From contig OZ244799.1 of assembly GCA_965219955.1 (NCBI GenBank), positions 128,001 through 192,000 of the forward strand: DNA of 64,000 nucleotides, in the 5' to 3' direction. Every line of letters starts with the position of its first letter. Positions within the stretch are counted from its first letter, which is position 1. The notes under the pieces were generated by a model, which worked only from the letters and a program-made list of their open reading frames with translations, had not been told where the DNA came from and made no database searches. The stretch comes from a bacterium. Its GTDB lineage: Bacteria; UBA8248. Below are positions 18,653 through 27,534 of the stretch, one piece after another. The position numbers and the translations under genes are program-made.

Positions 18653-20146
18653 ATGCGCCTGGCGGACATCCGAACCCGCGCCGAGGCTTTTCTCGGCGAA
18701 TCGCGGAAGGAATGGTACGAGGTCGGCGCCGGCCTCAAGGAAGACGTGCGCCTGAGCGAGATTTTCGCCGAGTACGCCGACCTGTTCACCCGCGAGAACA
18801 TCGAGGCGCTCACCTCCTTCCACGATTCTGAGAACGATGAAGCCGAGTCCTTGAGATTGGCCGAGTTGCGCGGGTTTTTGACTTTGGCCCATATACGCGA
18901 CGCGGTTAAGGAGTCGAGCGAGCAGGCGCTTCTCTTCGAAACCAAAACCACCGTGAAAACGCCGGAGGGCGAGTCCATCCCCTACCGGCAGAGCGCCGTC
19001 GCGCTCCTGAATGAATCGGACCGCGAGAGGCGGACTTTTCTGGAAAACGCCCGCTGCGAGGCCCTGGCGGAGAAGAACGGATTTCTGGAGCAGATTCATC
19101 GCGCGACCCACTGGATGGCCGATGATTTGGGTTTCGAGGGCTACCTGGGGATGATGGCGGCGGTGAAGCGCTACCCGCTCGAGCCGGTTCGTGAAGAGAT
19201 GCAGCGCTTTCTCGAGCGCACCGAAGCGCTTTACATCGAAGCGATGGAAGAGGAACTGAGCCGGGCAGGGGTTCCTCCGGCGTCCGCGCAGCGCCACGAT
19301 GCGCAGTACTGTTTTCGGGGCGCGGAGTACGACGGCCTTTTCCCTGCGGAGAAGATCGAATCCTCGGCGCGGGAGATTTGCGCGTCGATGGGCTTGGATA
19401 TATTGGCGGAGGGCAGGGTGCGCCTCGACATCGAGGATCGTCCGCTCAAGAGCCCCCGCGCGTTTTGCGCCTCCTTAAAGGTGCCGGATGAGGTCTATCT
19501 CGTCATCAGGCCACGGGGCGGGTATGACGATTACCGCGCGTTCTGGCACGAACTCGGCCACGCCCTCCATTTCGCAGGCGTGGCGGCGGACGCGCCTTTC
19601 GAATGGAAGCGTTTGGGGGACAACTCCGTGACGGAGGGGTTCGCCATGCTCTTCGATCACCTGCTGCTCGAACCGCTCTGGCTGGAAGACGCCCTGGGCG
19701 GAGAGGCGTCGGACTACGCGGCGTTTCTGGCGCATCACGCGCTGTTCGAACTCTACATGCTCAGGCGCTACGCGGCGAAAATCGACTATGAACTCACGCT
19801 TCACCGGGGCGCTGAACTCGCGGGCAAGGACGCCGCCTACCGGGAGAAGCTGAGCGCGGCGACGGGCGTGGAATACCCTGAAATCTCCTATCTCGACGAC
19901 GTGGACCCGTTTTTCTATTGCGCGAATTACCTGAGGGCGTGGATGCTCCAGGCCCAGATGGCCGAAGTCTTGAAGACGAAGTTCGGCAGGAGGTGGTGGG
20001 CCAACCGGGAGAGCGGGGGATTCCTGATGGATATCTGGCGCGACGGCCAGCGCCACGACGGCGATTCCCTCTCCCGCCACCTAGGCTACGAGAAACTCAC
20101 CACGGAGCCGCTGGAGGCGCAGATCAGGAGCCTCATGCCGCGCTAG
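18653..20146 (+). CDS. Gluzincin metallopeptidase (M3/oligoendopeptidase-like)
   Basis: HELGHALH zinc motif, downstream SVTEGFA (third ligand), KSPRAFC. Confidence 0.78.
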   Translation: MRLADIRTRAEAFLGESRKEWYEVGAGLKEDVRLSEIFAEYADLFTRENIEALTSFHDSENDEAESLRLAELRGFLTLAHIRDAVKESSEQALLFETKTTVKTPEGESIPYRQSAVALLNESDRERRTFLENARCEALAEKNGFLEQIHRATHWMADDLGFEGYLGMMAAVKRYPLEPVREEMQRFLERTEALYIEAMEEELSRAGVPPASAQRHDAQYCFRGAEYDGLFPAEKIESSAREICASMGLDILAEGRVRLDIEDRPLKSPRAFCASLKVPDEVYLVIRPRGGYDDYRAFWHELGHALHFAGVAADAPFEWKRLGDNSVTEGFAMLFDHLLLEPLWLEDALGGEASDYAAFLAHHALFELYMLRRYAAKIDYELTLHRGAELAGKDAAYREKLSAATGVEYPEISYLDDVDPFFYCANYLRAWMLQAQMAEVLKTKFGRRWWANRESGGFLMDIWRDGQRHDGDSLSRHLGYEKLTTEPLEAQIRSLMPR

Positions 20147-20169
20147 CGGGAAAGAGGACTACCCCTACA

Positions 20170-20806
20170 GAGGTTGTTGAAAGAGACCCCTTTTCAGGGA
20201 GAGTAGAGGGGCTGCTACTCGGGGTGAGGGGTGTCGGGCGGCGTGGCGGTGCGCCGGATGAGTTCCTTGAGCGCCTCCATGTTCTCGTGGTGTTGATCTT
20301 TCTGATCTTCGCGCTGTGTGGAGAGCGCGTTCATGGTCGCGACGTGCTGAGCTTTTTGATCCTCGCGCTGGGCGGCGAACGCTTCCATGGTTGCGCGGTG
20401 CTGGTCTTTTTGCGCCTCGCGCTCGGCGGCGAGCGCCTCCATGTGTTCGCGGTGGCGGCTGTCGAGCGCCTTCATGGTCTCGCGGTGCTGGGCGTCGCGG
20501 TGGCGCGCGGCCTGGCGCATGAAGTAGAGGCCGTAGGCGATCAGGGAGCACTGCGCGGCCCCCACGATCGCGGCGACCCACACCGAGGCCTGCTGCGCCG
20601 CGAGAGAGGCTTTCTGGATGGCGAGGCTTGCGGCTTCGTATTCCGTCACTTGGTTTTCCCCCACGTTAGTGGGTCCTCATACGCGTAACTCTAATGCGCC
20701 GCCGCGCGCTTCGTCAAGACAGATCCCGGGCGGGGGAACGAGGCCGAGCGCTCTCTCTCCCCTCCTCAGGGGATGCTCATTTGACAAAGCCTTTTTCAAC
20801 AACCCC
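20170..20806. mobile_element. MITE-like element carrying a passenger gene
   Basis: Ends GAGGTTGTTGAAA and TTTCAACAACCCC; flanking direct repeat CTACA (20165-20169 and 20807-20811); no transposase inside. Confidence 0.72.
20215..20664 (-). CDS. Small single-TM protein with His/Met-patterned coiled-coil repeats
   Basis: Hydrophobic segment VWVAAIVGAAQCSLIAYGLYFM, then five H-x3-M-x-A-(L/F) repeats at 11/18-aa spacing. Start may be GTG 20649. Confidence 0.7.
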   Translation of the reverse strand: MGENQVTEYEAASLAIQKASLAAQQASVWVAAIVGAAQCSLIAYGLYFMRQAARHRDAQHRETMKALDSRHREHMEALAAEREAQKDQHRATMEAFAAQREDQKAQHVATMNALSTQREDQKDQHHENMEALKELIRRTATPPDTPHPE

Positions 20807-20840
20807 CTACAGGAGCGATCGCGCAGTATCCGCACAGACT

Positions 20841-21899
20841 CTAAAGCGCGACGGGCTGGCCCTCCTTGCACGAGCGGTCCGCCGCCATGGTGAGGGCGAG
20901 CACCTCTCTGGCGTGCGCGCCCGTGGCGAGTCCCACCCCGCCGATTCCCAGAATATGGCGCACGAAGGCGTCGGTCTCCTCCTTCATGGGGCCGAAGAAC
21001 TCGCCCATCACGAAATCCCCCGGCATGGCGGAGCCCAGGAAAGCCACGTTCACCTGGTGTTCGGGCGTGTAGGGGCAGGGAATCGGATCCTCGGGCGCGA
21101 GGATGACGTCCCTGTGCGCGTCGTCCACGTTCAGCGAGCCTTTCGTGCCTTGCAGGTCAATCTCCATGGTCGCCGTGTAGGCGGGCCAGTGGTGGGGCGG
21201 GAGCCAGCTCGTGCCGAGCGTGGCCACGCTCCCGTCGTCGAAGGTGACGATCATCCACTGGAAGTCGTCGCGGTTGTATTTCTTGAACACGAAGCTCGCC
21301 GCGCGGGCGTAGACCTCGACGGGTTTTTTCCCCTCCATGTACCAGAGGATGAGGTCGACCATGTAGGTGAGGGTGTTGATGGAGGGCGTGGTGTTGGGCG
21401 AGCGCCTCGCCACCGCCTCGCCCACGGCGCGCGTGACGTAGATCTTGCCGAGCGCCATCACGATGTCGCCGAGCTGTCCGGCGAAGGCCGCCTGCTTGGC
21501 GAGCAGAAAGCGCCTCCTGTAGCGCTGGGTGTAGCCCACGAAAATCTCTGCGCCCGATTCATCGGCCTTTTTGAGGATATCGTCGGCTTCATCCAGATCG
21601 AGGACGAAGGGTTTCTCGATGAGGACGGGCTTTCCGAGTTCGGCCGCCAGGGCCGCCGGGCCGTGGTGAAACTCCTCGTCCGAGGAGACGATGACGGCGC
21701 CCACGCGCTCGTCCCGTATCGCCACCTCGTATTTCTCCGTCGCCACGTCGGCTCGCACCGACTCCGCGAGGCGGTCGAGCTTCTCGGGCACGATGTCGCA
21801 CACGGCGAGGTAGTCCACCTGGGGGATTTGCGCGCAAGAATGCGCTCTCAGCGTTCCGATGCCGCCCGCGCCGATGACGGCCACTCCTGTCGTTTTCAC
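20841..21899 (-). CDS. Gfo/Idh/MocA family oxidoreductase
   Basis: VAVIGAGGIG and VLIEKP motifs; start trimmed to GTG 21899 with GAGGAG RBS. Confidence 0.88.
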   Translation of the reverse strand: MKTTGVAVIGAGGIGTLRAHSCAQIPQVDYLAVCDIVPEKLDRLAESVRADVATEKYEVAIRDERVGAVIVSSDEEFHHGPAALAAELGKPVLIEKPFVLDLDEADDILKKADESGAEIFVGYTQRYRRRFLLAKQAAFAGQLGDIVMALGKIYVTRAVGEAVARRSPNTTPSINTLTYMVDLILWYMEGKKPVEVYARAASFVFKKYNRDDFQWMIVTFDDGSVATLGTSWLPPHHWPAYTATMEIDLQGTKGSLNVDDAHRDVILAPEDPIPCPYTPEHQVNVAFLGSAMPGDFVMGEFFGPMKEETDAFVRHILGIGGVGLATGAHAREVLALTMAADRSCKEGQPVAL

Positions 21900-21995
21900 A
21901 ATCGTCTCCTCACTTGAATTTGCATCCGGTTCATTCTGGGGGAATAATCCCCTCTGTCCAATATCAAGGTTCCCGTCATATATCTGGAGAATTCC

Positions 21996-22973
21996 ATGCG
22001 CATCGATGTTCAGACCCATCATGTACCACAAGCCTACGTGGAAGCGCTCGCCGCCCGCTCCGATTTCCCGCGCTACGAGAAAGCGGAGGATTTCTGGTGG
22101 GCGTGGGCGAGCCCGTCGCAAAAACTCCCGATGCGGCTTCCCGCCCTGGACATCGGCATCAAGCTCGCCGAGATGGATGAGCAGGAAATCGATATTGCCC
22201 TAATCAGCATCAACATTCCAGGCCCGGACCTCGCCAAAAACCCGAAAGACGCGGACGAACTCGCGAGAATCGGGAACGACGGCCTCGCCGAGGCGGCGGC
22301 TCGCCACCCGGAGCGCTTCCGCGGGGTGGCGTCGCTCGGTTTCGGCGACATGGACGCGACCTGCCGAGAACTGGAGCGCTGCGTGGACGAACTCGGTTTC
22401 GTGGGCCTCCAGGTGTTCGCCTACATCGGCGGCGAACGCTACATCGACGACGCGGCCCATGAACCCCTGTGGGGGCTTCTGGCCGAGCGCGGCGTGCCGC
22501 TCGTGCTGCATCCGGGGCCTTCTCCCTCGGGGCCGCATTATGAGGATCACTGGCTGGGGCCGATGATAGGCTTCATGTTCGATGAATGCCTGGCGGCGCT
22601 GCGGCTCATCCTGAGCGGCGTGCTGGAGCGACACCCCGGCCTCAAGGTGCTCCTGCCGCACGGGGGCGCGTCGCTTCCGCTGTTCATCGGGCGGGTGGAC
22701 AACCTGAGTTCGCGCTACCGCGACGATCAGGATCTCATCACGCGCGACCCGAGCGAATACTTCGCGCGCTTCTATACGGATACGGTGGTCCATTCCCAAA
22801 CGGCGCTCGAGTTCTCCTTACAGGAGATGGGCGCGTCGCGCATGATGTTCGCGAGCGACGCCCCCTGGGTTCCCGTGAAGCGCCACGCCGACATGATGGA
22901 CGCGCTCGATGTTTCCGCGGAAGACGCGGAGCGAATCTGGAGCGGCACGGCGAGGGAGTTTTTCGGATTGTAG
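21996..22973 (+). CDS. Amidohydrolase_2 family protein (ACMSD-like decarboxylase/hydrolase)
   Basis: IDVQTH, VLHP, HPGLKVLLPHGGASLP, FYTDTV and MFASDAPW motifs. Confidence 0.85.
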   Translation: MRIDVQTHHVPQAYVEALAARSDFPRYEKAEDFWWAWASPSQKLPMRLPALDIGIKLAEMDEQEIDIALISINIPGPDLAKNPKDADELARIGNDGLAEAAARHPERFRGVASLGFGDMDATCRELERCVDELGFVGLQVFAYIGGERYIDDAAHEPLWGLLAERGVPLVLHPGPSPSGPHYEDHWLGPMIGFMFDECLAALRLILSGVLERHPGLKVLLPHGGASLPLFIGRVDNLSSRYRDDQDLITRDPSEYFARFYTDTVVHSQTALEFSLQEMGASRMMFASDAPWVPVKRHADMMDALDVSAEDAERIWSGTAREFFGL

Positions 22974-22988
22974 CGCGCGCCGCTCACG

Positions 22989-23118
22989 GGGGTTGTTGAA
23001 AAAGCCCTGATAAACGAGGGTTTGACGCGATCGGGGAGGGGGCGGTTTTGTAGGGGCCGCATACATGCGGCCCTTGTAGTGGGTGAAGAAACCAGGGTCG
23101 CATATATGCGACCCCTAC
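22989..23118. repeat. Unpaired MITE-type end plus GTAG-type REP pair
   Basis: GGGGTTGTTGAAAAAGCCC at 22989; GTAGGGGCCGCATACATGCGGCCC ... GGGTCGCATATATGCGACCCCTAC at 23050-23118. Confidence 0.7.
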
Positions 23119-23160
23119 ACACGAACAAATTTTCCCTTTTCGGGTTGTAGTGCGTCCGCC

Positions 23161-23616
23161 TCAGGCGTCGCTTCTGAGCAGCATGCGCTTCACGTCGTAT
23201 TCGAGCACGACCTCGCCGTTCTGGTTTAGCACCCTCTGGTGCGTTGCGACGACGCCGCGATCGGGCCTGCTTCTGGAGGGGCGCACGTCGGTCGTCTCGA
23301 CTTCGACCGTGAGCGTATCGCCCACGTAGACCGGCGCGCGCGCCACGAGGCCGTCCACGCCCAGAAGCGCGATGGCGTAATCGTGCAATACGCCCGTCTG
23401 GACGATGAGCGTGTCCGCGATGCCGCAGGTGAAAAGGGCCGGGGCCATGCGCCTTTCATGGCCCTTATCCCGCAAGAACTCCATGTCGAGGAACAGGCTT
23501 TCCGTATAGCCCACGAGGTTCACGTAGTTCACCACGTCGGTCTCGGTGATGGTCCTGCCACGGGTGGTGAACTTGTTCCCGACTTCCCATTTTTCGAACG
23601 CAACGCCTTCGCTCAT
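23161..23616 (-). CDS. MaoC/PaaZ-type hotdog dehydratase
   Basis: GRTITETDV, APVYVGDTL and RPDRGVV...NQNGEVVLEY motifs; start at ATG 23616 (AGGAGG RBS). Confidence 0.85.
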   Translation of the reverse strand: MSEGVAFEKWEVGNKFTTRGRTITETDVVNYVNLVGYTESLFLDMEFLRDKGHERRMAPALFTCGIADTLIVQTGVLHDYAIALLGVDGLVARAPVYVGDTLTVEVETTDVRPSRSRPDRGVVATHQRVLNQNGEVVLEYDVKRMLLRSDA

Positions 23617-23789
23617 GAAACCTGAAACCTCCTGAGTATTTGTATGAGTCAACGGGAGGCGATTCTACAGGCGGGGGATGGAATCTTCAAAGTTCACGGG
23701 GGGTTTGATCGTCGGGGCGGGAAGCAAGAGGCGTGATGAATGGGGTTCGAGCGATCACTGCCGAATCTGGATAGAAGTCGGAGCGTAAC

Positions 23790-24108
23790 GGGCCTGTTGA
23801 AAAACTCCCTCATCGGATTTTCCCTGCAATCCCGCCTTCCCGTCTTCCTCATCCTGAGTAGCGGCCCTTCGACAGGCTCAGGACAGGCTCCCTCGACTTC
23901 GCTCGGGACAAGCTCCGCCCCCCTGCCTTCCTCATCCTGAGTAGCCGCCGAAGGCGGCGTATCGAAGGATGTCTTCTCGTTCGCCGCGAGTCGCCTCCCA
24001 TCCTTCGATACGGCGCTTGCGCGCCTACTCAGGATGAGGCTCGTTTGCGGCGTGCGCTCCGGGACCCGTCATACGTCCGATCCCGAAGCCGGTTTTTTCA
24101 ACAGCCCC
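23790..24108. mobile_element. MITE-like element carrying REP-like hairpins
   Basis: Ends GGGCCTGTTGAAAAA and TTTTTCAACAGCCCC; direct repeat GTAAC (23785-23789 and 24109-24113); contains CCTCATCCTGAGTAGC... and CCCTTCGACAGGCTCAGG units. Confidence 0.78.
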
Positions 24109-24282
24109 GTAACGGGTCGTCGAAACCAGCGCGAAAGGCGCTTTGGGATGAAACAGGGTAATCATCAAAATATCAATAAGTTAGATGAGATGGAACCCGG
24201 CGGCGTCGAATAGTATAATTATCGAGTCGCCGGTTCACGTCTTTTCCCGGCAAACGGGTAAAGTTACAGGGGAGACGGACAG

Positions 24283-25035
24283 ATGAAGCGCTATGGGGTC
24301 ATCATCGCGTTGAGCGTTTTGGCGGTTGTTTTTCTGGTGAACGACGCGGCGGCGGACAGGCGCCACGACCGGCGCCAGGGAATCAAGCGGCATCATAAAT
24401 ACAAATCGCACCGGCGCCACAAAGCGCGTCAGCATCGCAAATGGCGTCGCCATCACCGCCGTCCCCGCGTGATCGTTCGCCACAGGTACTGGTACGGCCC
24501 CGGCGTCGTCGCTCCGGTCTGGTACGGCTATCCGGTCTGGACCGGCCCGCGCGTCATCTACCGGTCCTCCCCGCGCGAGCGCTATGTCTATCATTCGGCG
24601 GGCGATGATTGCGCGGTCTATTACGCGAACAACGACAACGAGGTTCTCGGCTCGGTGATCGGCGCGATCGGCGGCGGCGTCATCGGGCATCAACTCGGCG
24701 GAGGAAGCGGCAAGGCGCTCTCCACCTTCGCGGGCGTGCTTCTCGGCAGCGTGGTGGGCGGACAGATCGGACGCGACCTGGACGAGGCCGAACGGCTCAG
24801 GCTCGCGAGCGCCACGCAGTACGCGCTCGAGAACCAGCGCTCCGGCACGCGCACCGTGTGGGACAACCCCGACAGGCGGGTGTGCGGCGTCGTGGTTCCC
24901 AGGCCGGCCTTCAAGAACGAGCTCGACCAGTACTGCCGGGAGTTCCAGCAGACGATTGTCATCGGCGGCAAAAAGCAAAACGCCTACGGCACCGCCTGCA
25001 GGCAGCCCGACGGCCAGTGGAAGATCGCCAACTAG
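24283..25035 (+). CDS. RT0821/Lpp0805 (17-kDa surface antigen-like) glycine-zipper protein
   Basis: Signal peptide, glycine zipper GSVIGAIGGGVIGHQLGGGSG, WDNPD, and YCREFQQTIVIGGK...YGTACRQPDGQWKI. Confidence 0.85.
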   Translation: MKRYGVIIALSVLAVVFLVNDAAADRRHDRRQGIKRHHKYKSHRRHKARQHRKWRRHHRRPRVIVRHRYWYGPGVVAPVWYGYPVWTGPRVIYRSSPRERYVYHSAGDDCAVYYANNDNEVLGSVIGAIGGGVIGHQLGGGSGKALSTFAGVLLGSVVGGQIGRDLDEAERLRLASATQYALENQRSGTRTVWDNPDRRVCGVVVPRPAFKNELDQYCREFQQTIVIGGKKQNAYGTACRQPDGQWKIAN

Positions 25036-25050
25036 CCGGCTGACGCTTAA

Positions 25051-25495
25051 GGGGTTGTTGTAAAAGTTCTCCTCGCTCGGAATTGACCACCGCCGTCATT
25101 CCGGCAATCAATGCCGACCGAGGAGGGAGGGATTGCCCGGAATCCATTCTCAAGCGGGTTGATAATACTCCGGCTTTCCATCTCCCCGTCATTGGCGGGA
25201 ATTAATCAGGAAATAAAAAACAAAGGCAAAACAAATGGATTCCGGCGAACCCTCATTTACCAATCGGGTTCGACCTCCCGCATTGGTCGGCTCCGACACC
25301 GGAATGACGAACAAAACCAAATTCGCCCGTAGCGGACAGGCTCCTGCGCCTGTCCGTGGCCTCCGTGCCTGTCCTGCCTTTGGTGGTTGTCCTTCGTGAG
25401 GACAGGCACGGAGGCCTGTCCCTACAAAACCATCGCGCCTGCGCCGCGTGAACCTCCATGCCGCCGACCCCGAAACAGGTTTTTTCAACAGCCTC
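25051..25495. mobile_element. MITE-like element with REP cassettes (degenerate)
   Basis: Ends GGGGTTGTTGTAAAA and TTTTTCAACAGCCTC; contains CGTCATTCCGG...CCGGAATGACG and GTAG...CCCTAC units; no clear target duplication. Confidence 0.6.
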
Positions 25496-25613
25496 GCATT
25501 AGGCGCGATTGACCTTCGATACGCGGCTTCGCCGCTACTCAGGATGAGGCGGCCGGGGAGACCCTGCGCACCGAATCACGAAATCAGGGTTTACTCAAGA
25601 AATCCCCAAGTCC

Positions 25614-26654
25614 CTAATCCATCACGATGACCGCGCGGCCCGTGACGGCCGCTGCTTCCAGCCGTTCGTGTACCTTTTCCACCTCTTCGACGTTGAACGA
25701 GTAGGTTTCCGTCACCACGGGCCAGACGTCGCCCCGCGCCACCAGGTCTAGCGATTCCTTGAGTTCCTGTTTCGAACAGTATCGGCTGCCCAGGAGTTCG
25801 AGTTCTTTGGTCACCATATTGCGCGCCGCGGCCTGGAACGCCTGTCCCGTGCCGCCGAGCGTCACGAGGCGACCACCGGTTCCCAGGGATTGAATGCCCG
25901 CTTCCATCGTGGAGGCGGAGGAGACGAAGTCGACCACCACGTCCACGCCCTTGCCGTTCGTCAAGTCCATCAGCGCGCCCGCCACGTCGCCCTGGGATGC
26001 GTCGACGGCCTCGTCCGCGCCCACGTCGCGGCACTTGCCGAGCTTGTTCGCCGCGACGTCCACGGCGATGACCCTCGCGTGCGCCCACTTCGCCATCATC
26101 ACCATGTGGATGCCCACGCCGCCGCCCGCGCCGATGACGGCCACGTTCTCGAGCGGCGCGATGCGCGAGCGCTTCGTTACTTTATACGGGGTGGCTATCG
26201 CGTCGCAGATGACGGAGACCTCCGCCGCGTTGTTCTCGTAATCCAGCCCGGCGGGGATTTTGATGAAATTCCGCGCGGGCAGCTTGATGTATTCGGCATA
26301 GGCGCCCTGCACCTGGCGGCCGATGTAGCCCGTAAAGTTCTCGCACAGCGTTTCGCGGTTGATGAGGCACCACTTGCACCTCCCGCACGTGACGTAGAAG
26401 TGCGCGGTCACCGCGTCGCCCTCCTGAAGGCCCTCCACGCCCTCGCCCACGGCGGTGATGATGGCGGTGATCTCGTGCCCGATGATGAGGGGATAGGTCA
26501 CATCGGGCACGCGGCCCATGCGGGCGTGGTGGATGGTCAGCCCGGCGCCGCACGCCAGCACCTTCGCGACCGCCTCCCCAGGCCCCGCCACGGGGTCCGG
26601 ATATTCTTCCTCGACAAAGGGTTTTCCCGGTTCTCTCAGCACCATCGCCTTCAA
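25614..26654 (-). CDS. Zinc-binding alcohol dehydrogenase (MDR family)
   Basis: IIGHE, structural zinc site CGRCKWC...C, and GAGGGVG motifs. Confidence 0.9.
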   Translation of the reverse strand: MKAMVLREPGKPFVEEEYPDPVAGPGEAVAKVLACGAGLTIHHARMGRVPDVTYPLIIGHEITAIITAVGEGVEGLQEGDAVTAHFYVTCGRCKWCLINRETLCENFTGYIGRQVQGAYAEYIKLPARNFIKIPAGLDYENNAAEVSVICDAIATPYKVTKRSRIAPLENVAVIGAGGGVGIHMVMMAKWAHARVIAVDVAANKLGKCRDVGADEAVDASQGDVAGALMDLTNGKGVDVVVDFVSSASTMEAGIQSLGTGGRLVTLGGTGQAFQAAARNMVTKELELLGSRYCSKQELKESLDLVARGDVWPVVTETYSFNVEEVEKVHERLEAAAVTGRAVIVMD

Positions 26655-26783
26655 GGGGCGTCCTCCTCAAGTAAATGAATGGGATTTCAGCCACGCGATT
26701 ACACCACACGGGCGAGTGGCTAGGCAACGAGGAGCGGATGGCGTACCCTCACGGGGCGGCGCCCGAAGGGAAAGCGAGAGAAG

Positions 26784-27167
26784 ATGAACGAACCCCCCGT
26801 AAGTGAAGAGAGAGTGTTCGACGCGAATCGTGCGGCCAGGACCACGCTGCTGGTCGGCGCGTTGCTCGCCGTCTTCACCGTGTCTGCGATGTATATGAAC
26901 CAGCCGGGCAGGGTGGGCTACGGCTGGGCGACGCTGGCGGCGGGGGCGGCCTTGTGCGCCTTTGGCCTGGCGACCCTGCGGGGGCTTGCGTGGTGCTGTT
27001 ACCTCTCGGTCCTGGTGCTGGGCGCCTTCGATTTCATCTGGATGGTGCGTGTGCTCGAGGGTTTCGACGTGGGACTCGCCATCTGGATAGCGATATGCTT
27101 TTTCGCCATCCGCGAAATCTGGCCGGGGGTCGACGAGAAATTCCCGTGGGTGAAGCGCAATCCCTGA
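26784..27167 (+). CDS. Hypothetical membrane protein (about 4 TM)
   Basis: 127 aa with four hydrophobic stretches; fills an otherwise empty interval. Confidence 0.6.
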   Translation: MNEPPVSEERVFDANRAARTTLLVGALLAVFTVSAMYMNQPGRVGYGWATLAAGAALCAFGLATLRGLAWCCYLSVLVLGAFDFIWMVRVLEGFDVGLAIWIAICFFAIREIWPGVDEKFPWVKRNP

Positions 27168-27182
27168 GGGCGCGTCCGATTC

Positions 27183-27423
27183 GGGCCTGTTGAAAAAAAG
27201 TCCCCTGCTCAGGGGATAAAGGCAATCCCCCTACCCCCCTTGACAGGGGGGTAAAAAAAGCGATGCGCCCCCGCCGGGCTGAGGGGGTTTTGTTTTTTCT
27301 TGCCCCCCTGTCAAGGGGGGTAGGGGGGGTTGCTCGAAGCGGCGAGAAGCAAGAGAAACACGACCTCCTTCCCGGTCGGCGCCATGCGCCGAATCACGGA
27401 ATCAGGACTTTTTCAACAACCCC
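27183..27423. mobile_element. MITE-like element with a CCCCCCTTGACAGGGGGG hairpin pair
   Basis: Ends GGGCCTGTTGAAAAA and TTTTTCAACAACCCC; internal inverted pair at about 27227-27329. Confidence 0.68.
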
Positions 27424-27534
27424 TACGGGCCGCTTTGCCGACCATTCGGTGGTCACCTGGGAGTGAATCGAGAGAACTCGGCGGGGAGTGCCGAGAGCCT
27501 GCGCCGCCGCGTGACCCTCCATACCGCCCGTAGC

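Noticed and set aside
23847-24040. Recurrent repeats considered as a CRISPR array
   Set aside because: Units are inverted pairs with irregular spacing, there is no constant repeat-spacer period, and no cas genes are present.
22989-24108. Composite element enclosing the MaoC gene
   Set aside because: The right end at 24108 already pairs with the left end at 23790 through a GTAAC duplication; the flank at 22989 does not match.
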